This document shows positions 20,801-30,434 of a stretch of DNA of 64,000 nucleotides, one piece after another. The DNA is taken from positions 2,018 to 66,017 of the IMG/VR virus record IMGVR_UViG_3300042540_000565; one strand, 5' to 3'. A program made the position numbers and the translations under genes. Numbering within the stretch: position 1 is the stretch's first letter; the number at the start of each line of letters is the position of its first letter. Origin of the DNA: a virus (lineage: Duplodnaviria > Caudoviricetes). Below the pieces are notes generated by a model that did no database searches, was not told where the DNA came from, and saw nothing but the letters and a program-made list of their open reading frames with translations.

Positions 20801-23800
20801 TTCCCGCAGTAAACAATCTTAGTGATCAGCAAAAATTAGATTTAAGTTTATTAATCTATGAGAAGAAAAAGCTAAAAGAAGAGGTTAGTTCTGGTTATGT
20901 AGACGATTTATTTAGAGAAAAGAAGGAAGCGGAAATTGCAAAAAAAATAGCTTCTCTTGATGGAAAGATAATGGAGGTTTATGGCATGACAGAAAAGAGA
21001 GAAAGTTTTCTTGCCCAAAAGAAAAAAATGGAACAAGAAAGAGAAGAGGCAAAGTTACAGGCAGAAAAAGAATTACAAGAACAAAAGATAGAGGTATTAA
21101 AAAATGCTGGTGCTGAATTAGACGAAGAAGGACAAAAAAGTGAAGATGTTTCAAAAGAAGGAAAGGTTAGAGATATATCAGCCGTTAATGATGTTACAGG
21201 AGAAACAGGATTTAAAACGGGTGAGGAATTAGTTCCTAACACTACCGTTGTTGCTGATATTCCTAAAAAAAATGCTGTTGTTGTTACAAAGGTTTTTGAA
21301 CAGAAGCCAGTTGTAAATAAGCCTGAATTTAAAGACGAGGCAAGTAGACAAAAGTTCGCAGAAGATAACCAAGGAAATATTGTAGCTGAAACAGTAAGTG
21401 TTGCAGACATTATACCCACCCAGAAAAAACTTGATAAGACTAACACAGGAGGTGAAGGGAAGCCTTTGCTTGTCCGCACTAACGAAGGTTTGTTTGTATT
21501 AGATGGACATCACACGATAGCTAATCAAATTAAGGATGGCACTAAAGAAGTAGATGCCGATATTATTGACTTAACTACTAAAGCGGAAACCGTAACTCCT
21601 GAAGCAAAGGCGGAGGCAGGTAGTGTTGATGCGTTAAAAGATGTAGAGAGTACGGCTAAAGCGTTGGAGGGGACTGATAAAGATAATTTACCATTGGCGA
21701 GAAATATTGCTGATAATATTGTAAAAGAATATGAAAGTGCTAATAAGGAAATAGAAAGATTAAATGCAGAAAAAAATAATTTATCAGATCAAGAAAAGGA
21801 AGCTATAATTAAAAAGACAAGGTATAAAAAGTCTGAAAAATATGCCGGCAAGTACGAATACAATACAGGATCGTCTATAACAAGAAAAACAGAACAACAA
21901 TTAATTGATGATTATTACGATAATAAAATTAAGAAGGTAAGGAAAGATAAGCCATCACAAGCAGTATTGGATATTTACATAAAACAAGATAAAGAATTTT
22001 CTACACCAAAAAACATCTCCGAAGCCTACCACAAAGCTAAGAAGGATGGAAGTAATCCCGAATTAGTAAAAGCGGTAGAAAATTTATTAGGAAAACCTAA
22101 AACTAAAACAGATGATACAAAAGACAAAACAGGGCTTCCAAGTGAAGTCGGAAAAGGGCAAGAATCTGTCAAAGCCCAACCTATCGAAAAAACAGGCGCA
22201 GAAGCGACTACAACAGGTGGAAATGTTCAAGCATCTCAACAAGGCGATAAAAAAATAAACAAGGCTAAAGAAGTTGTATCTAACAAATCAACAAGTAAGG
22301 CTACTCGTAGCACCGCAGTTAAAACACTCTTCTCCACTCCACAATCAAAAGGTAAGACAACAACCTATGATACTTGGAAAAATGACAAGAAGGGTAAAAA
22401 ACAATTAGCTGACGCGAAGAAAGCTTTAGGGATGAAAGCAAGTACAGCTGCCACTCCGGTTGAACTTTATAATGCGGCTATGGCTAAAGGTAAGACAGCT
22501 CAAGAATTTACTGATGCTGCTGATATTGCTATGGGAAGAAAGGAAGCTGTTAAGGAAAATAAGTCTACCGTTAGAAAGGCTCTTGAGACTATTGCTAATA
22601 TGAAAGTAATGGATACCGTTAAGAAAATTGGCGGTACAAATATTAGTCTTTTCCCTTATGACAAACAAATAATTATCGGAGTTCCCCTTTTTGTCGCTAA
22701 AAAAATGGCTAACGCTATTATTAAAGCGATGGATACATTCGCTGACATTAAAGGAAATATTGATTATAAGAGAGCTGGCGATGCTGTTGTTAAAGAAATG
22801 AAGGCTACGGATTGGTATAAAAATCTAAATCCTGATCAGAAAAATGCTATTAACATGCACATTAAGTCTATGGATCCGTTTTCCGCTATGGTAGATATTA
22901 CCGAGATGGCTGCGATGGATAAAAAGACTTCTACTGAGAAAATAATAAAGGCTGAGGAAAAAGCTCTTGAAACTAAAATCGCTACCGATTTAACTAAGGA
23001 AGTAACGAAAGAAGAGAAGCAAAAGCTTATAGATAAAAACAAGGCGAACAGAGAAAAAGCTAAAGCTGAAAAAGAAAGTGCTAAAGCTAAAGCTAAAGAA
23101 GAGAAACAAAAAATTAGAGAGAAAGCTAAAGCTGAAAAAGAAAGAATTAGAGCTGAGAGAAAAAAGGAAAAGGAACTCTTATCACAGGCGGCAAAATATC
23201 CTCGCAAATCAAAATCAAAAGTAAAACTACCTAAATCAAAAACATCATCCCTAATTGGTAAAGCAACAAGGGCTACTACAGAGAAAGGGTTAAGTGAATT
23301 TACATCTAAATATGATGACGCGGTATATGAAGCGGAAGCAACAGAGGAGCAAAAGAAACTGGATAAAGAAAAAATGGATAAGGCTAAAAGAAATAGAACA
23401 GCTTTAGCTAAGAAAAGAAAAGATAAAAAATTCGTTTCTTCTTCCGACAAAAATGTAATTAGGCAATTCCTAATGCTTCCAATAGCTACCGTTAAACGAT
23501 TAGGCGGGATGGATATGGTTGAGAGATATAATCAATTAGCAGAAGCCTTACTTGGTAACGTAACTCCAGGAGGCGTAAGAACTGTTGATAATGTGACTGC
23601 GCTGGAGTTCGTTAATAATATGAATGCAAGAATAAAAGAAGATTCTGATCGTGCATTTTTAGAAAACGATGCTATAAAAATACTGCAACAAATTTTAGTG
23701 AGTGAAGGAGAGCTTTCTCCTAACGCAACAATTGATGAGATAAAGGAAAAAATAGAAGAGTTTGGCATAATAACAGCTGAAGAAAGAAAAGTTATAAATG

Positions 23801-26670
23801 AAAAATTTAATAAAGAAAAAATTATAGAAGAAAAAAAGAAGTTAAAACAAAATATTGCCAATCTAAAAGATGTAGCTAATAGTGGAGAAAGATGGGAGCT
23901 TTATGATGTTAATGGTAAGCCCAAAATGACGAAAGTAGCCATTGATAATATTGTTGAAAAATTAGATCCTGATAATTTAGATTTTACGCAACTTGCATTA
24001 GCAAATCATCTTATTTCAAATTTTATCTTAAATAATACGGCTAATGAATTAGGTAAAATAGAGGCTATTGCCATAGCTCAGGATGCTGTGGTTCAAATGA
24101 CCAAAGCTTTTGAGGCAGCCAAGGTCTCTAATAATAAGTTGAAGGGGTTAAAAACAACAATAAGCGACAATCAAAGATACGTAAACACACACTTAAGAAC
24201 ACTCCCCGGATTATTAGATGCAATGGCGTTGGACTCTGATTTAGCCGCTAAGATACAGGAGATACTACAGATTTCTGCACTATCTTCTGCTTATACTAAT
24301 ATGATTGATGAAATTCAGAAAGATTGGAATAAACAAGTTCGTAAAATAAAATTAAGTAATGCTATAAAATTTAAGGGTGTAATAACTAATCCTAAAAACA
24401 GATTAAGACAAGGTATTTATTCTACACTATTACAAACAAAAGGCAACACTGATAAAGAACAACAAGAGTCGTTTGAAGACAATAAAAGGTTAATTCTTGA
24501 GGATATAGCGGCTAAAAGAAAATCAGCAAAGAAAAGCCTTATAAGAGAGGCTGATATGGAAGAGAAAATATTCAATGAGCTTTTTGCAAACGTAAGTTCT
24601 ATTGCACAAGCGAAAAGAGCAATGAATAAATATGCAGGTGATAAAAAAATGGTTGAATTAGCTCAGTCAGTTTATGAAAAGAACCTTGACAAACTACAAG
24701 AATCTTCTATATTATATAGTGGTAAGGAATTAGATTTATGGAATAATTACACCCATAGGAAATGGAAGAAAAAAGATAATAATTATGGAAGTTACGAAAA
24801 AGATTTATTTACAAATACAGACTTAAATAAAAACTATCTTAACCAAAACGTAAACAAGAAAACATCTGGTGTAATCGAAACAAGAGGTAGTGATGTTCGC
24901 CCTAATGATAATAGAGTGCTAAATCTTGATTTTTATCAAGTACAAGATAATGCTATAAACGAATCTTACTATCAAGCTAATACCCTTGGGACAAGAATGG
25001 CGATGAAAGAAATATTCAATCGTCCAGAGATGAGGGATATGTTAGGTGAAGAAAATTTTAATCTAATAAGAAATAGGGCTATTCAGATGGTAAATCACCA
25101 TTTAGGAGTTACGTCCGCAGAAGCAGAAAATCTTGTCTCTCTTGGAAAGGTTTATAACTATCTCTTAAGAACTAATACAGCTCGTGCTTTAGGTGGATTT
25201 GCAGCATTCGCTCAACAGCTTGTTCCTGCTGTCGCAGGAGCTATGGTTAGGCTTATACACAGCCCTATTATATCCGCGAAGATTGTAAAAAATATGTTCC
25301 GAAAGAACAATAAAAACCTATATGCTCACTCTAATTTTCTCGGAAGAAAAAGATCTTTATTTGAAGGTAATCTTGAAAAAATTGGGTCAGTCACTAACTC
25401 TGGCGTAAAAGGGTCTCTTTTGGGTAATTATGGTTTTAATCTTGTTGGCGTTCCATTGGTTAAGTTAGCTAATGGAATTGATAGAATGACATCAACTGGT
25501 GTTGAGTTAGCAATGACTCCTTTACAACACGGGGATTATGTTGCAGCTAAGGGCGCTTGGATGGCATATTATGAGAAGAAATGGAAGAGTATGCCTGAGA
25601 ATAAAGGGAAAAAATTTAGTTGGAAGGAACAGGAACAGAATCCAAGTAAATCCGTAAGTGCTTATGCTGATCAAATGGTAGAATCGTCAATGAACGTAAA
25701 TGATCAAGCTAAGGCTGGCGCATTTTTCAGGTCACAAGACCCTACTTCTAAACTTATACGAACAGTATATACCCCATTCTCCTCTTTCGCGGTTGGTCAA
25801 GATTTAAGATTTATTACAGCTATAAGAAAGGCTACATCATTTAATACTGCATTTAAGAGAGGGAAGCCTGGCGTAAAAGCTATGGCTCAAGGATGGCTTG
25901 ATATCGGGGCTATATTATCTGAACAAATAACTTTCCAATATGTGAAGGCTGCCGCAGCAGCTACTACATCTTTATTAGCCGCAAAGTTTTTATTTGGAAG
26001 TGATGATGAAGAAGAAAAAGCAGAAGAAGAATTAAAAATAATATTTAGTCCATTCTCAGAAGAAGGTAAAAAGGTTCGAAATAAAATTGCCTTAAATGCC
26101 GCTATAGATAATCTTCCATTGAACGCGGTCCCACTGAATTGGGCTGGTCCCCTTATTGGAAATCAGATTGAGGATCTTGGAAAGGTGTATCTAAATTCTA
26201 TGCACAACGAGAGTGAAGCCTCAAAAGCTATTTTTGGAGATCAAAAAATATTCTCAACAAAAGGGCTTACTAAATTTCCAGACAAAAACTTTGAAGTAAC
26301 AGATGGTGTTAAGGCATCATTTGGTTTGTTCGGAATGGCAGGTAACGAGGCGTTAAATATGTACACAGAGGTTATTGCGCCACTTATTGTTTTAAATGCA
26401 GGATATGAAACAAAATCAGGGAACCGCGTAGATTTAAACCCCAACCAAAAGACAGGGCTAAAATTATTAATAGGCACAAACCTACTTAGGTATAGTACCG
26501 GATTAGGGGCTAAGGATTGGGACAATATGGTAAAGCTTCAGAAATATAAGATTCAGGACCAACTTAAAAAAGGAAAGAGCAATAAAAAAGGAGGGGGAGG
26601 TTCCTCCGATAATTTGGGATTAGGTAATATGGGATTGGATATGAACCTTGATTTAGATTTAGGATTATAA
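17815..26670 (+). CDS. Giant ejection/polyvalent protein (2951 aa) with an internal ParB/Srx-like domain
   Basis: Size and position; helical C-terminal region typical of large podovirus ejection proteins; VSVADIIPTQ..PLLV....LFVLDGHHT segment at ~21380-21570; no DxDxD RNA polymerase motif seen. Confidence 0.7.
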   Translation: MNDQLLNEVVNSQTAGIPVVKADVLPKNIKPVQTQPASQPVVPTPTPAPTPVVEGGEDKVVQSKPAQQTQSFQINEEIARPLYEQANRYARNIQGLQKDLDYNSFVSKYLSSPETASNYYKAVVGMSREIPIKVDLGGSQNFLKKLYITPEAEAAAVNNVAPQNNLATIKQQADKKIEEVTSKFGLKMAGEPENIQQTMGTVKDESKTEGGWAEKTREWGQEQPKEKNTEPLVGISLGEDGAWSGGRVKDSRPEAEREFMPNNGDLTFEEFKESVSSIGGDGQKYYLVADLINGKEYSMEDALKIAYKERLMTPEARKKMKDLTLKNYSEKMVNPLAEGDFGPTVSGLPSKPEFDFTDFSTKGLLDYGNKVEEYNAQIANALQWNDSDREKYGATPIIKLKTPEKVDSPIYDWESKVVKNGSFTDYWSSVPDNVTMMDVDNYQKGWGTVTKAPATLQKIVDDYYKVMLNTDKQRAYDIFKMRERVDQGGWNISKDKLAMDFLKEKPTWGDFLGAIKDNILTIGGDKGGVISKVAKYVGSGKMNESFSMEDFDMLTKMGASKDAPETQLNILREAFANQKQAVYGEYLQKKKEGIDYSEQTAKAFDAIDKQWALMVNDPSNQDKVLNQMMKEDVDYLDYLDKKADEDWQKKIEAKRRKENPLRASIQYDVVMPVKYGAEYGAISLMSDIVNLTGKLTNDFLAIPGAKEGTDFAIKKFEEELPERLTRSILPDEGGIDYGMLLFHTAKVTTEMVGTMGAARGFSFLGRGAKALGTPDAIAGRIPVIAATITQYGDDTFRSAKQAALDNGFSEEYSDMLATDYRNTALPMAALIESMVGFPFSKGIGNKMKADFSALLKTEKNPFSAIYKATTSNGIRVLKEIGEQSIEEVSAEASDRVSNLKLNKRTGKTLLDDDLSFSETLETVMIAGTSTVAVGLAKGELIKPTLTQQAAVWQAMSDPDKFNEQVSIWEKDGKIEKWQGTAMKTAIKDLKSAMTGLPAVNNLSDQQKLDLSLLIYEKKKLKEEVSSGYVDDLFREKKEAEIAKKIASLDGKIMEVYGMTEKRESFLAQKKKMEQEREEAKLQAEKELQEQKIEVLKNAGAELDEEGQKSEDVSKEGKVRDISAVNDVTGETGFKTGEELVPNTTVVADIPKKNAVVVTKVFEQKPVVNKPEFKDEASRQKFAEDNQGNIVAETVSVADIIPTQKKLDKTNTGGEGKPLLVRTNEGLFVLDGHHTIANQIKDGTKEVDADIIDLTTKAETVTPEAKAEAGSVDALKDVESTAKALEGTDKDNLPLARNIADNIVKEYESANKEIERLNAEKNNLSDQEKEAIIKKTRYKKSEKYAGKYEYNTGSSITRKTEQQLIDDYYDNKIKKVRKDKPSQAVLDIYIKQDKEFSTPKNISEAYHKAKKDGSNPELVKAVENLLGKPKTKTDDTKDKTGLPSEVGKGQESVKAQPIEKTGAEATTTGGNVQASQQGDKKINKAKEVVSNKSTSKATRSTAVKTLFSTPQSKGKTTTYDTWKNDKKGKKQLADAKKALGMKASTAATPVELYNAAMAKGKTAQEFTDAADIAMGRKEAVKENKSTVRKALETIANMKVMDTVKKIGGTNISLFPYDKQIIIGVPLFVAKKMANAIIKAMDTFADIKGNIDYKRAGDAVVKEMKATDWYKNLNPDQKNAINMHIKSMDPFSAMVDITEMAAMDKKTSTEKIIKAEEKALETKIATDLTKEVTKEEKQKLIDKNKANREKAKAEKESAKAKAKEEKQKIREKAKAEKERIRAERKKEKELLSQAAKYPRKSKSKVKLPKSKTSSLIGKATRATTEKGLSEFTSKYDDAVYEAEATEEQKKLDKEKMDKAKRNRTALAKKRKDKKFVSSSDKNVIRQFLMLPIATVKRLGGMDMVERYNQLAEALLGNVTPGGVRTVDNVTALEFVNNMNARIKEDSDRAFLENDAIKILQQILVSEGELSPNATIDEIKEKIEEFGIITAEERKVINEKFNKEKIIEEKKKLKQNIANLKDVANSGERWELYDVNGKPKMTKVAIDNIVEKLDPDNLDFTQLALANHLISNFILNNTANELGKIEAIAIAQDAVVQMTKAFEAAKVSNNKLKGLKTTISDNQRYVNTHLRTLPGLLDAMALDSDLAAKIQEILQISALSSAYTNMIDEIQKDWNKQVRKIKLSNAIKFKGVITNPKNRLRQGIYSTLLQTKGNTDKEQQESFEDNKRLILEDIAAKRKSAKKSLIREADMEEKIFNELFANVSSIAQAKRAMNKYAGDKKMVELAQSVYEKNLDKLQESSILYSGKELDLWNNYTHRKWKKKDNNYGSYEKDLFTNTDLNKNYLNQNVNKKTSGVIETRGSDVRPNDNRVLNLDFYQVQDNAINESYYQANTLGTRMAMKEIFNRPEMRDMLGEENFNLIRNRAIQMVNHHLGVTSAEAENLVSLGKVYNYLLRTNTARALGGFAAFAQQLVPAVAGAMVRLIHSPIISAKIVKNMFRKNNKNLYAHSNFLGRKRSLFEGNLEKIGSVTNSGVKGSLLGNYGFNLVGVPLVKLANGIDRMTSTGVELAMTPLQHGDYVAAKGAWMAYYEKKWKSMPENKGKKFSWKEQEQNPSKSVSAYADQMVESSMNVNDQAKAGAFFRSQDPTSKLIRTVYTPFSSFAVGQDLRFITAIRKATSFNTAFKRGKPGVKAMAQGWLDIGAILSEQITFQYVKAAAAATTSLLAAKFLFGSDDEEEKAEEELKIIFSPFSEEGKKVRNKIALNAAIDNLPLNAVPLNWAGPLIGNQIEDLGKVYLNSMHNESEASKAIFGDQKIFSTKGLTKFPDKNFEVTDGVKASFGLFGMAGNEALNMYTEVIAPLIVLNAGYETKSGNRVDLNPNQKTGLKLLIGTNLLRYSTGLGAKDWDNMVKLQKYKIQDQLKKGKSNKKGGGGSSDNLGLGNMGLDMNLDLDLGL

Positions 26671-26718
26671 TGTTGAATAAAAGTATTGACTAATTGATTA
26701 GGATTAAAATAAAAATTT

Positions 26719-26726
26719 TATATTTG
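26719..26726 (+). promoter_or_regulatory. -7 box TATATTTG upstream of the fibre operon
   Basis: TAnnTTTG match 7 nt before ATG 26734. Confidence 0.6.
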
Positions 26727-26733
26727 CGAAGCA

Positions 26734-27978
26734 ATGGCATTTCAATCAAACATATTAGGACTACAAAGTAACTTAGCCGCTGGCTGTACGTTACTTGCAA
26801 TCGATAACTCTAATTACGACACTAACGGCCAATCAAGGTTTGTTCGCGCCCAATGGAATAATCTTTACGTTTGGGTTACTCGCCCAGACGCTTCTGAATA
26901 TGTTTTTGGAAGTGGGACATTGATTACTGTTGATGAGACTATCGATGATCCATCCGGATTATCAGCCCCTCAAAATATTACTTACAATTTTATTAACACC
27001 GATGTAAATGGTGTTTATCAGGTTGATATGGTTAATATTCCAGACTATACCGCAGGGACATACGTTCAAGATGACGTAGTTGTTTTTGGTGGTCAGGTTT
27101 GGCAAAATGGAAATCCTACTAATGCTCTTTCTCCTTCCGTTCCTAATGGATGGGCTATAGTTGCAATTGCTTCTTTAAGAAGTGCATTGCTTCCTTTTGA
27201 TTCAGGGATGAACGTGACAATTGATTGTATTCAAGATACGGCTTACCGTACTTTAATGTATGATACAACTACACTTACAGATTATATTTCGGTTAACGCT
27301 ACATGCTCTGCCATCACTTTTACAGATACCTCTAATTGGGTAACAAATAATGAGCAAGGTCATGCTTTGGCGGATTTTTCAGATTACAGAAGAATCATCA
27401 TAACTCGTCCTAATTTAGGGCAGTATGTTATGTCGACTATTGCTGGTGATGATGTAGATGAGATTATTTCTCCTGCTTCTTCCGGGAACCAAGACTTCAC
27501 TTATACTATTTTAGATACCGATATTGATGGTAGATACCAAGTATCTATTTGTGAATACCCTACATGGGATTCTACTCCTACCTATAATTATGGCAATACA
27601 GTTATTGTTTATTATAATGGGGCATTATATCGCGCTCTTCAGAATAGCACTAATCAACAACCCGATACTGCGATAGCTTATTGGGAACTTTACGAGCCTA
27701 CCGCTGCAGAGCAATTGGTTAGTAGATACTGTTATATTGCCAATATTTCTGTTTTATGTATTGCTTTAAACCAATGTATTGAAACGAAATTACACGAGGC
27801 GATTTGTGAGATTCAATCAGATTTTTGTAATGACGATGTCCTTTGTAAGAACAGACGTTTCTTAGCTGTAAATAAACTCATGCTTTTAAAGAGTGGGGTG
27901 AACTATTCTATGAATAGACGTATGTGGTCAGAAGTGGATCAGGATTTTAATATGATGCGACAACTGTGTAATTGTTAA
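26734..27978 (+). CDS. Virion structural protein with two tandem modules, each ending in a CBM5/12-like motif
   Basis: Internal repeat (NTDVNGVYQV..PDYTAGTYVQDDVVVFGGQVW versus DTDIDGRYQV..PTWDSTPTYNYGNTVIVYYNGALYRA); Cys-rich C-terminus. Confidence 0.6.
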   Translation: MAFQSNILGLQSNLAAGCTLLAIDNSNYDTNGQSRFVRAQWNNLYVWVTRPDASEYVFGSGTLITVDETIDDPSGLSAPQNITYNFINTDVNGVYQVDMVNIPDYTAGTYVQDDVVVFGGQVWQNGNPTNALSPSVPNGWAIVAIASLRSALLPFDSGMNVTIDCIQDTAYRTLMYDTTTLTDYISVNATCSAITFTDTSNWVTNNEQGHALADFSDYRRIIITRPNLGQYVMSTIAGDDVDEIISPASSGNQDFTYTILDTDIDGRYQVSICEYPTWDSTPTYNYGNTVIVYYNGALYRALQNSTNQQPDTAIAYWELYEPTAAEQLVSRYCYIANISVLCIALNQCIETKLHEAICEIQSDFCNDDVLCKNRRFLAVNKLMLLKSGVNYSMNRRMWSEVDQDFNMMRQLCNC

Positions 27979-28226
27979 GCCTTATGGAAGTAACAGACGC
28001 TGGAAGGATCGAATATGCAAAGAACAAGCTTGGAAGCGATATCGCCAACCTTGCTCGGACTACGCTTATTGGTATAAAGCCTTGCGGTGTTTCATGGTCA
28101 GCAGCCTTAGTTAAACAAACTATTATTGATGTTTATGAGTGTTCAGAGTTTCAATACCTGAATACCGAACAGAAGGAGTGTTTACTTGGCAAGCTGACAG
28201 AGGATTTAACTACTAATTGTTGCTAA
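27972..28226 (+). CDS. Small Cys-rich structural/hub protein
   Basis: 84 aa in the fibre operon; true start may be a few codons downstream. Confidence 0.5.
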   Translation: MLSLMEVTDAGRIEYAKNKLGSDIANLARTTLIGIKPCGVSWSAALVKQTIIDVYECSEFQYLNTEQKECLLGKLTEDLTTNCC

Positions 28227-28227
28227 A

Positions 28228-29961
28228 ATGAGTGATTGTTCAGCTTTCTTACGATCTATAGGATATAACGGTGTGTTATGTACCTCAGATATTGCGTGCT
28301 ATGATGGTCCGCAATTCGCGTGTGTAACCATTCCTACGGATGCTACGCTTAACCAAGTATTAAATGCTATAGCCGGAAAGATATGTGAGGTTGAAGCCTC
28401 TATTGTTGTTCCTGTTAATGCGGAAGATGTTGTTTATTCTGGCACTTTAGTTTTCGGATGCTTTACTTTAGTTGGCGCAAATGTAGAGGCGGTGATAGAA
28501 TCACTTGCTACAGAATTATGTGCTTTAGACGCTACTATCCCTGCTGATGCGGGAGATTTATCCAGAGGTTCCGGTGTGGTTTATGATGGGGGTGTTCCTC
28601 CGGGACTTACTACTGATCCTATCTTAGGTTTATTCAATGATATCATGGCTGAGATGGGCATAATGGTAACAAACATTGCTGCCGCTGCTACCGATGCTGA
28701 AATTGCTGATACTACTGCTGTATATTTTAGAGATTCAGATTTCGTTTATGATGGTGCGAATAATACTCCTTCCGGATTAAATGTAACTATTAATAATGGT
28801 TTTTTTGATTCCGTTTATGGAATCAATGGATATATTGTAAGAGTTGCTTCTACGGTTGTTGCTCTTACTGCTACGGCTGACAACTATGTTGACGTTACAG
28901 AAGCGGGAACCTATACGGTTACTCCTGTTTCTATAGCTGCCCCTGCGCCTCCTGTAGGCACAAATGCTTTGAGGTTATATATGTTCACCACAAATGGATT
29001 GAACGTAACTGCTACTTCTGATTTAAGAAATACCTATCCGATCAATGATAATTTATTGGTTGGTGATGATGTTATTGAAACTCGAAATATTTTAAACCTT
29101 GCCGTTACTGGAGCTAAGATGGAGACATTGGGAGCTGGAGCTACGGTTGGTGATACAGACTTATTCTCTTTAACCTACGATACTAAAGGACGTGTTACTG
29201 CTGCCTCTGCTAATTATACAATTACAGGTGTTCTTACCGGAGACCTTTTAAGATATGATGGCGCGGGATGGGTAAATTGGGTAAACAATTTTGTTGATAC
29301 TGCGGGTGGAACTGCGGGACGTGTTCCTTACTTTACTGATTCTAATACGGTTGCTGATTCGACACTAAGAGATAATGGAACCGTTGCTGCTTTTAACGCT
29401 GCAATAAATGCCACAAGACAATTATATGTAAATGCTACTGCTGTTGGAGTTACTAATTCTGGTGTTTTTCTTATATCAGGTGCTAACGCTTCAAATGTTG
29501 GTGTTACTGGTCAATCTACAAATGCAACAAATGTTGATATAGGTGTTCTTGGTATTGGTGGTGCGCTTATTACTTTTCCAAAAGCTACCGGTATTGCAGG
29601 TCTTGTTGGAACAGGATATACTGCCGCTGCCAAAGAAGCTTTCGGTGCATTTTTAGCTGTAGATACTGATGCTTTAGCTACTGCCGATACGTTTGGTGTT
29701 TATATTGACGCTCAAAACTCAGGATCAGGAAGAGCTTATGGTATTGTTGTTGAAAATGGAAAATCTTTATTTGGCGCTTCCGGAAGTACTGCTGACTCTG
29801 CTATTCTTGAGGTTATTTCAACCACTAAAGGGGTAAGATTCCCTAATATGACTACAGCTCAGAGAGACTTGATTGCTGGACCTGTTGCGGGATTAGTAAT
29901 CTATAATACATCTACCTCTGTTCTTAACTTTTATAATGGAGCTGTTTGGGGTGCAGTTTAA
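28228..29961 (+). CDS. Tail fibre/spike protein
   Basis: 577 aa, G/A/T/V-rich; Cys-rich N-terminal anchor; C-terminal STTKGVRFPNMTTAQRDLI..P.AGLVIYNT motif common in Bacteroidota fibre proteins. Confidence 0.75.
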   Translation: MSDCSAFLRSIGYNGVLCTSDIACYDGPQFACVTIPTDATLNQVLNAIAGKICEVEASIVVPVNAEDVVYSGTLVFGCFTLVGANVEAVIESLATELCALDATIPADAGDLSRGSGVVYDGGVPPGLTTDPILGLFNDIMAEMGIMVTNIAAAATDAEIADTTAVYFRDSDFVYDGANNTPSGLNVTINNGFFDSVYGINGYIVRVASTVVALTATADNYVDVTEAGTYTVTPVSIAAPAPPVGTNALRLYMFTTNGLNVTATSDLRNTYPINDNLLVGDDVIETRNILNLAVTGAKMETLGAGATVGDTDLFSLTYDTKGRVTAASANYTITGVLTGDLLRYDGAGWVNWVNNFVDTAGGTAGRVPYFTDSNTVADSTLRDNGTVAAFNAAINATRQLYVNATAVGVTNSGVFLISGANASNVGVTGQSTNATNVDIGVLGIGGALITFPKATGIAGLVGTGYTAAAKEAFGAFLAVDTDALATADTFGVYIDAQNSGSGRAYGIVVENGKSLFGASGSTADSAILEVISTTKGVRFPNMTTAQRDLIAGPVAGLVIYNTSTSVLNFYNGAVWGAV

Positions 29962-29971
29962 TAAATAGATT

Positions 29972-30424
29972 ATGGCAACACAATTAGATAGTTTAGGAGA
30001 AAATCAATTTTTGGCAGTTAGGGATATTAACCACCCAAGACAAGACCTTATTATTGATGCTAATAATTTGAATAATGATCCTGTTCCATATAAATTATAT
30101 GTAGCACTATTAAGCCAATCAGGTAAAGTTAATCCACCAACTACGAAAATATTAGAAAATACTATTGGAAATATTGTTTGGACAAGAGAAAGTCCGGGAG
30201 TATATAGAGCAACATTAGTTGGGGCATTTCCTAATGAAGATAAGTTCTTCACACTAAATTATAAAAGTATGATTGAAGCTCAAAAATTCATAGCTGTACA
30301 GTGGAACAATTCTGATTCATTTGAAGTTCGCACTTCTGTTGTAGGATATTCCCCTTCAATTGCTTATACACCTGAAGATAGTCTATTGTCTAATTACCCA
30401 ATCGAAATAAGAGTATATAATTAA
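29972..30424 (+). CDS. Fibre-associated beta-domain protein (paralogue A)
   Basis: YKLYVALLSQSG...ILENTIGNIVWTR..PGVY domain; paralogue of the next ORF. Confidence 0.6.
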   Translation: MATQLDSLGENQFLAVRDINHPRQDLIIDANNLNNDPVPYKLYVALLSQSGKVNPPTTKILENTIGNIVWTRESPGVYRATLVGAFPNEDKFFTLNYKSMIEAQKFIAVQWNNSDSFEVRTSVVGYSPSIAYTPEDSLLSNYPIEIRVYN

Positions 30425-30434
30425 ATAAAAAATC

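Noticed and set aside
355-26525. Many 60-200 aa antisense or alternate-frame ORFs inside the structural genes (e.g. 20979-21479, 22836-23450, 9044-9514)
   Set aside because: They are shadows of biased codon usage in long sense ORFs (Ser/Phe/Leu-rich mirrors of Lys/Glu-rich sequence), with no start context.
17815-26670. Giant protein as a crAss-type virion RNA polymerase
   Set aside because: No DxDxD catalytic motif in a plausible context; DVDYLD and DPDNLD lie in helical, charged regions. A structural search is still needed to exclude it.
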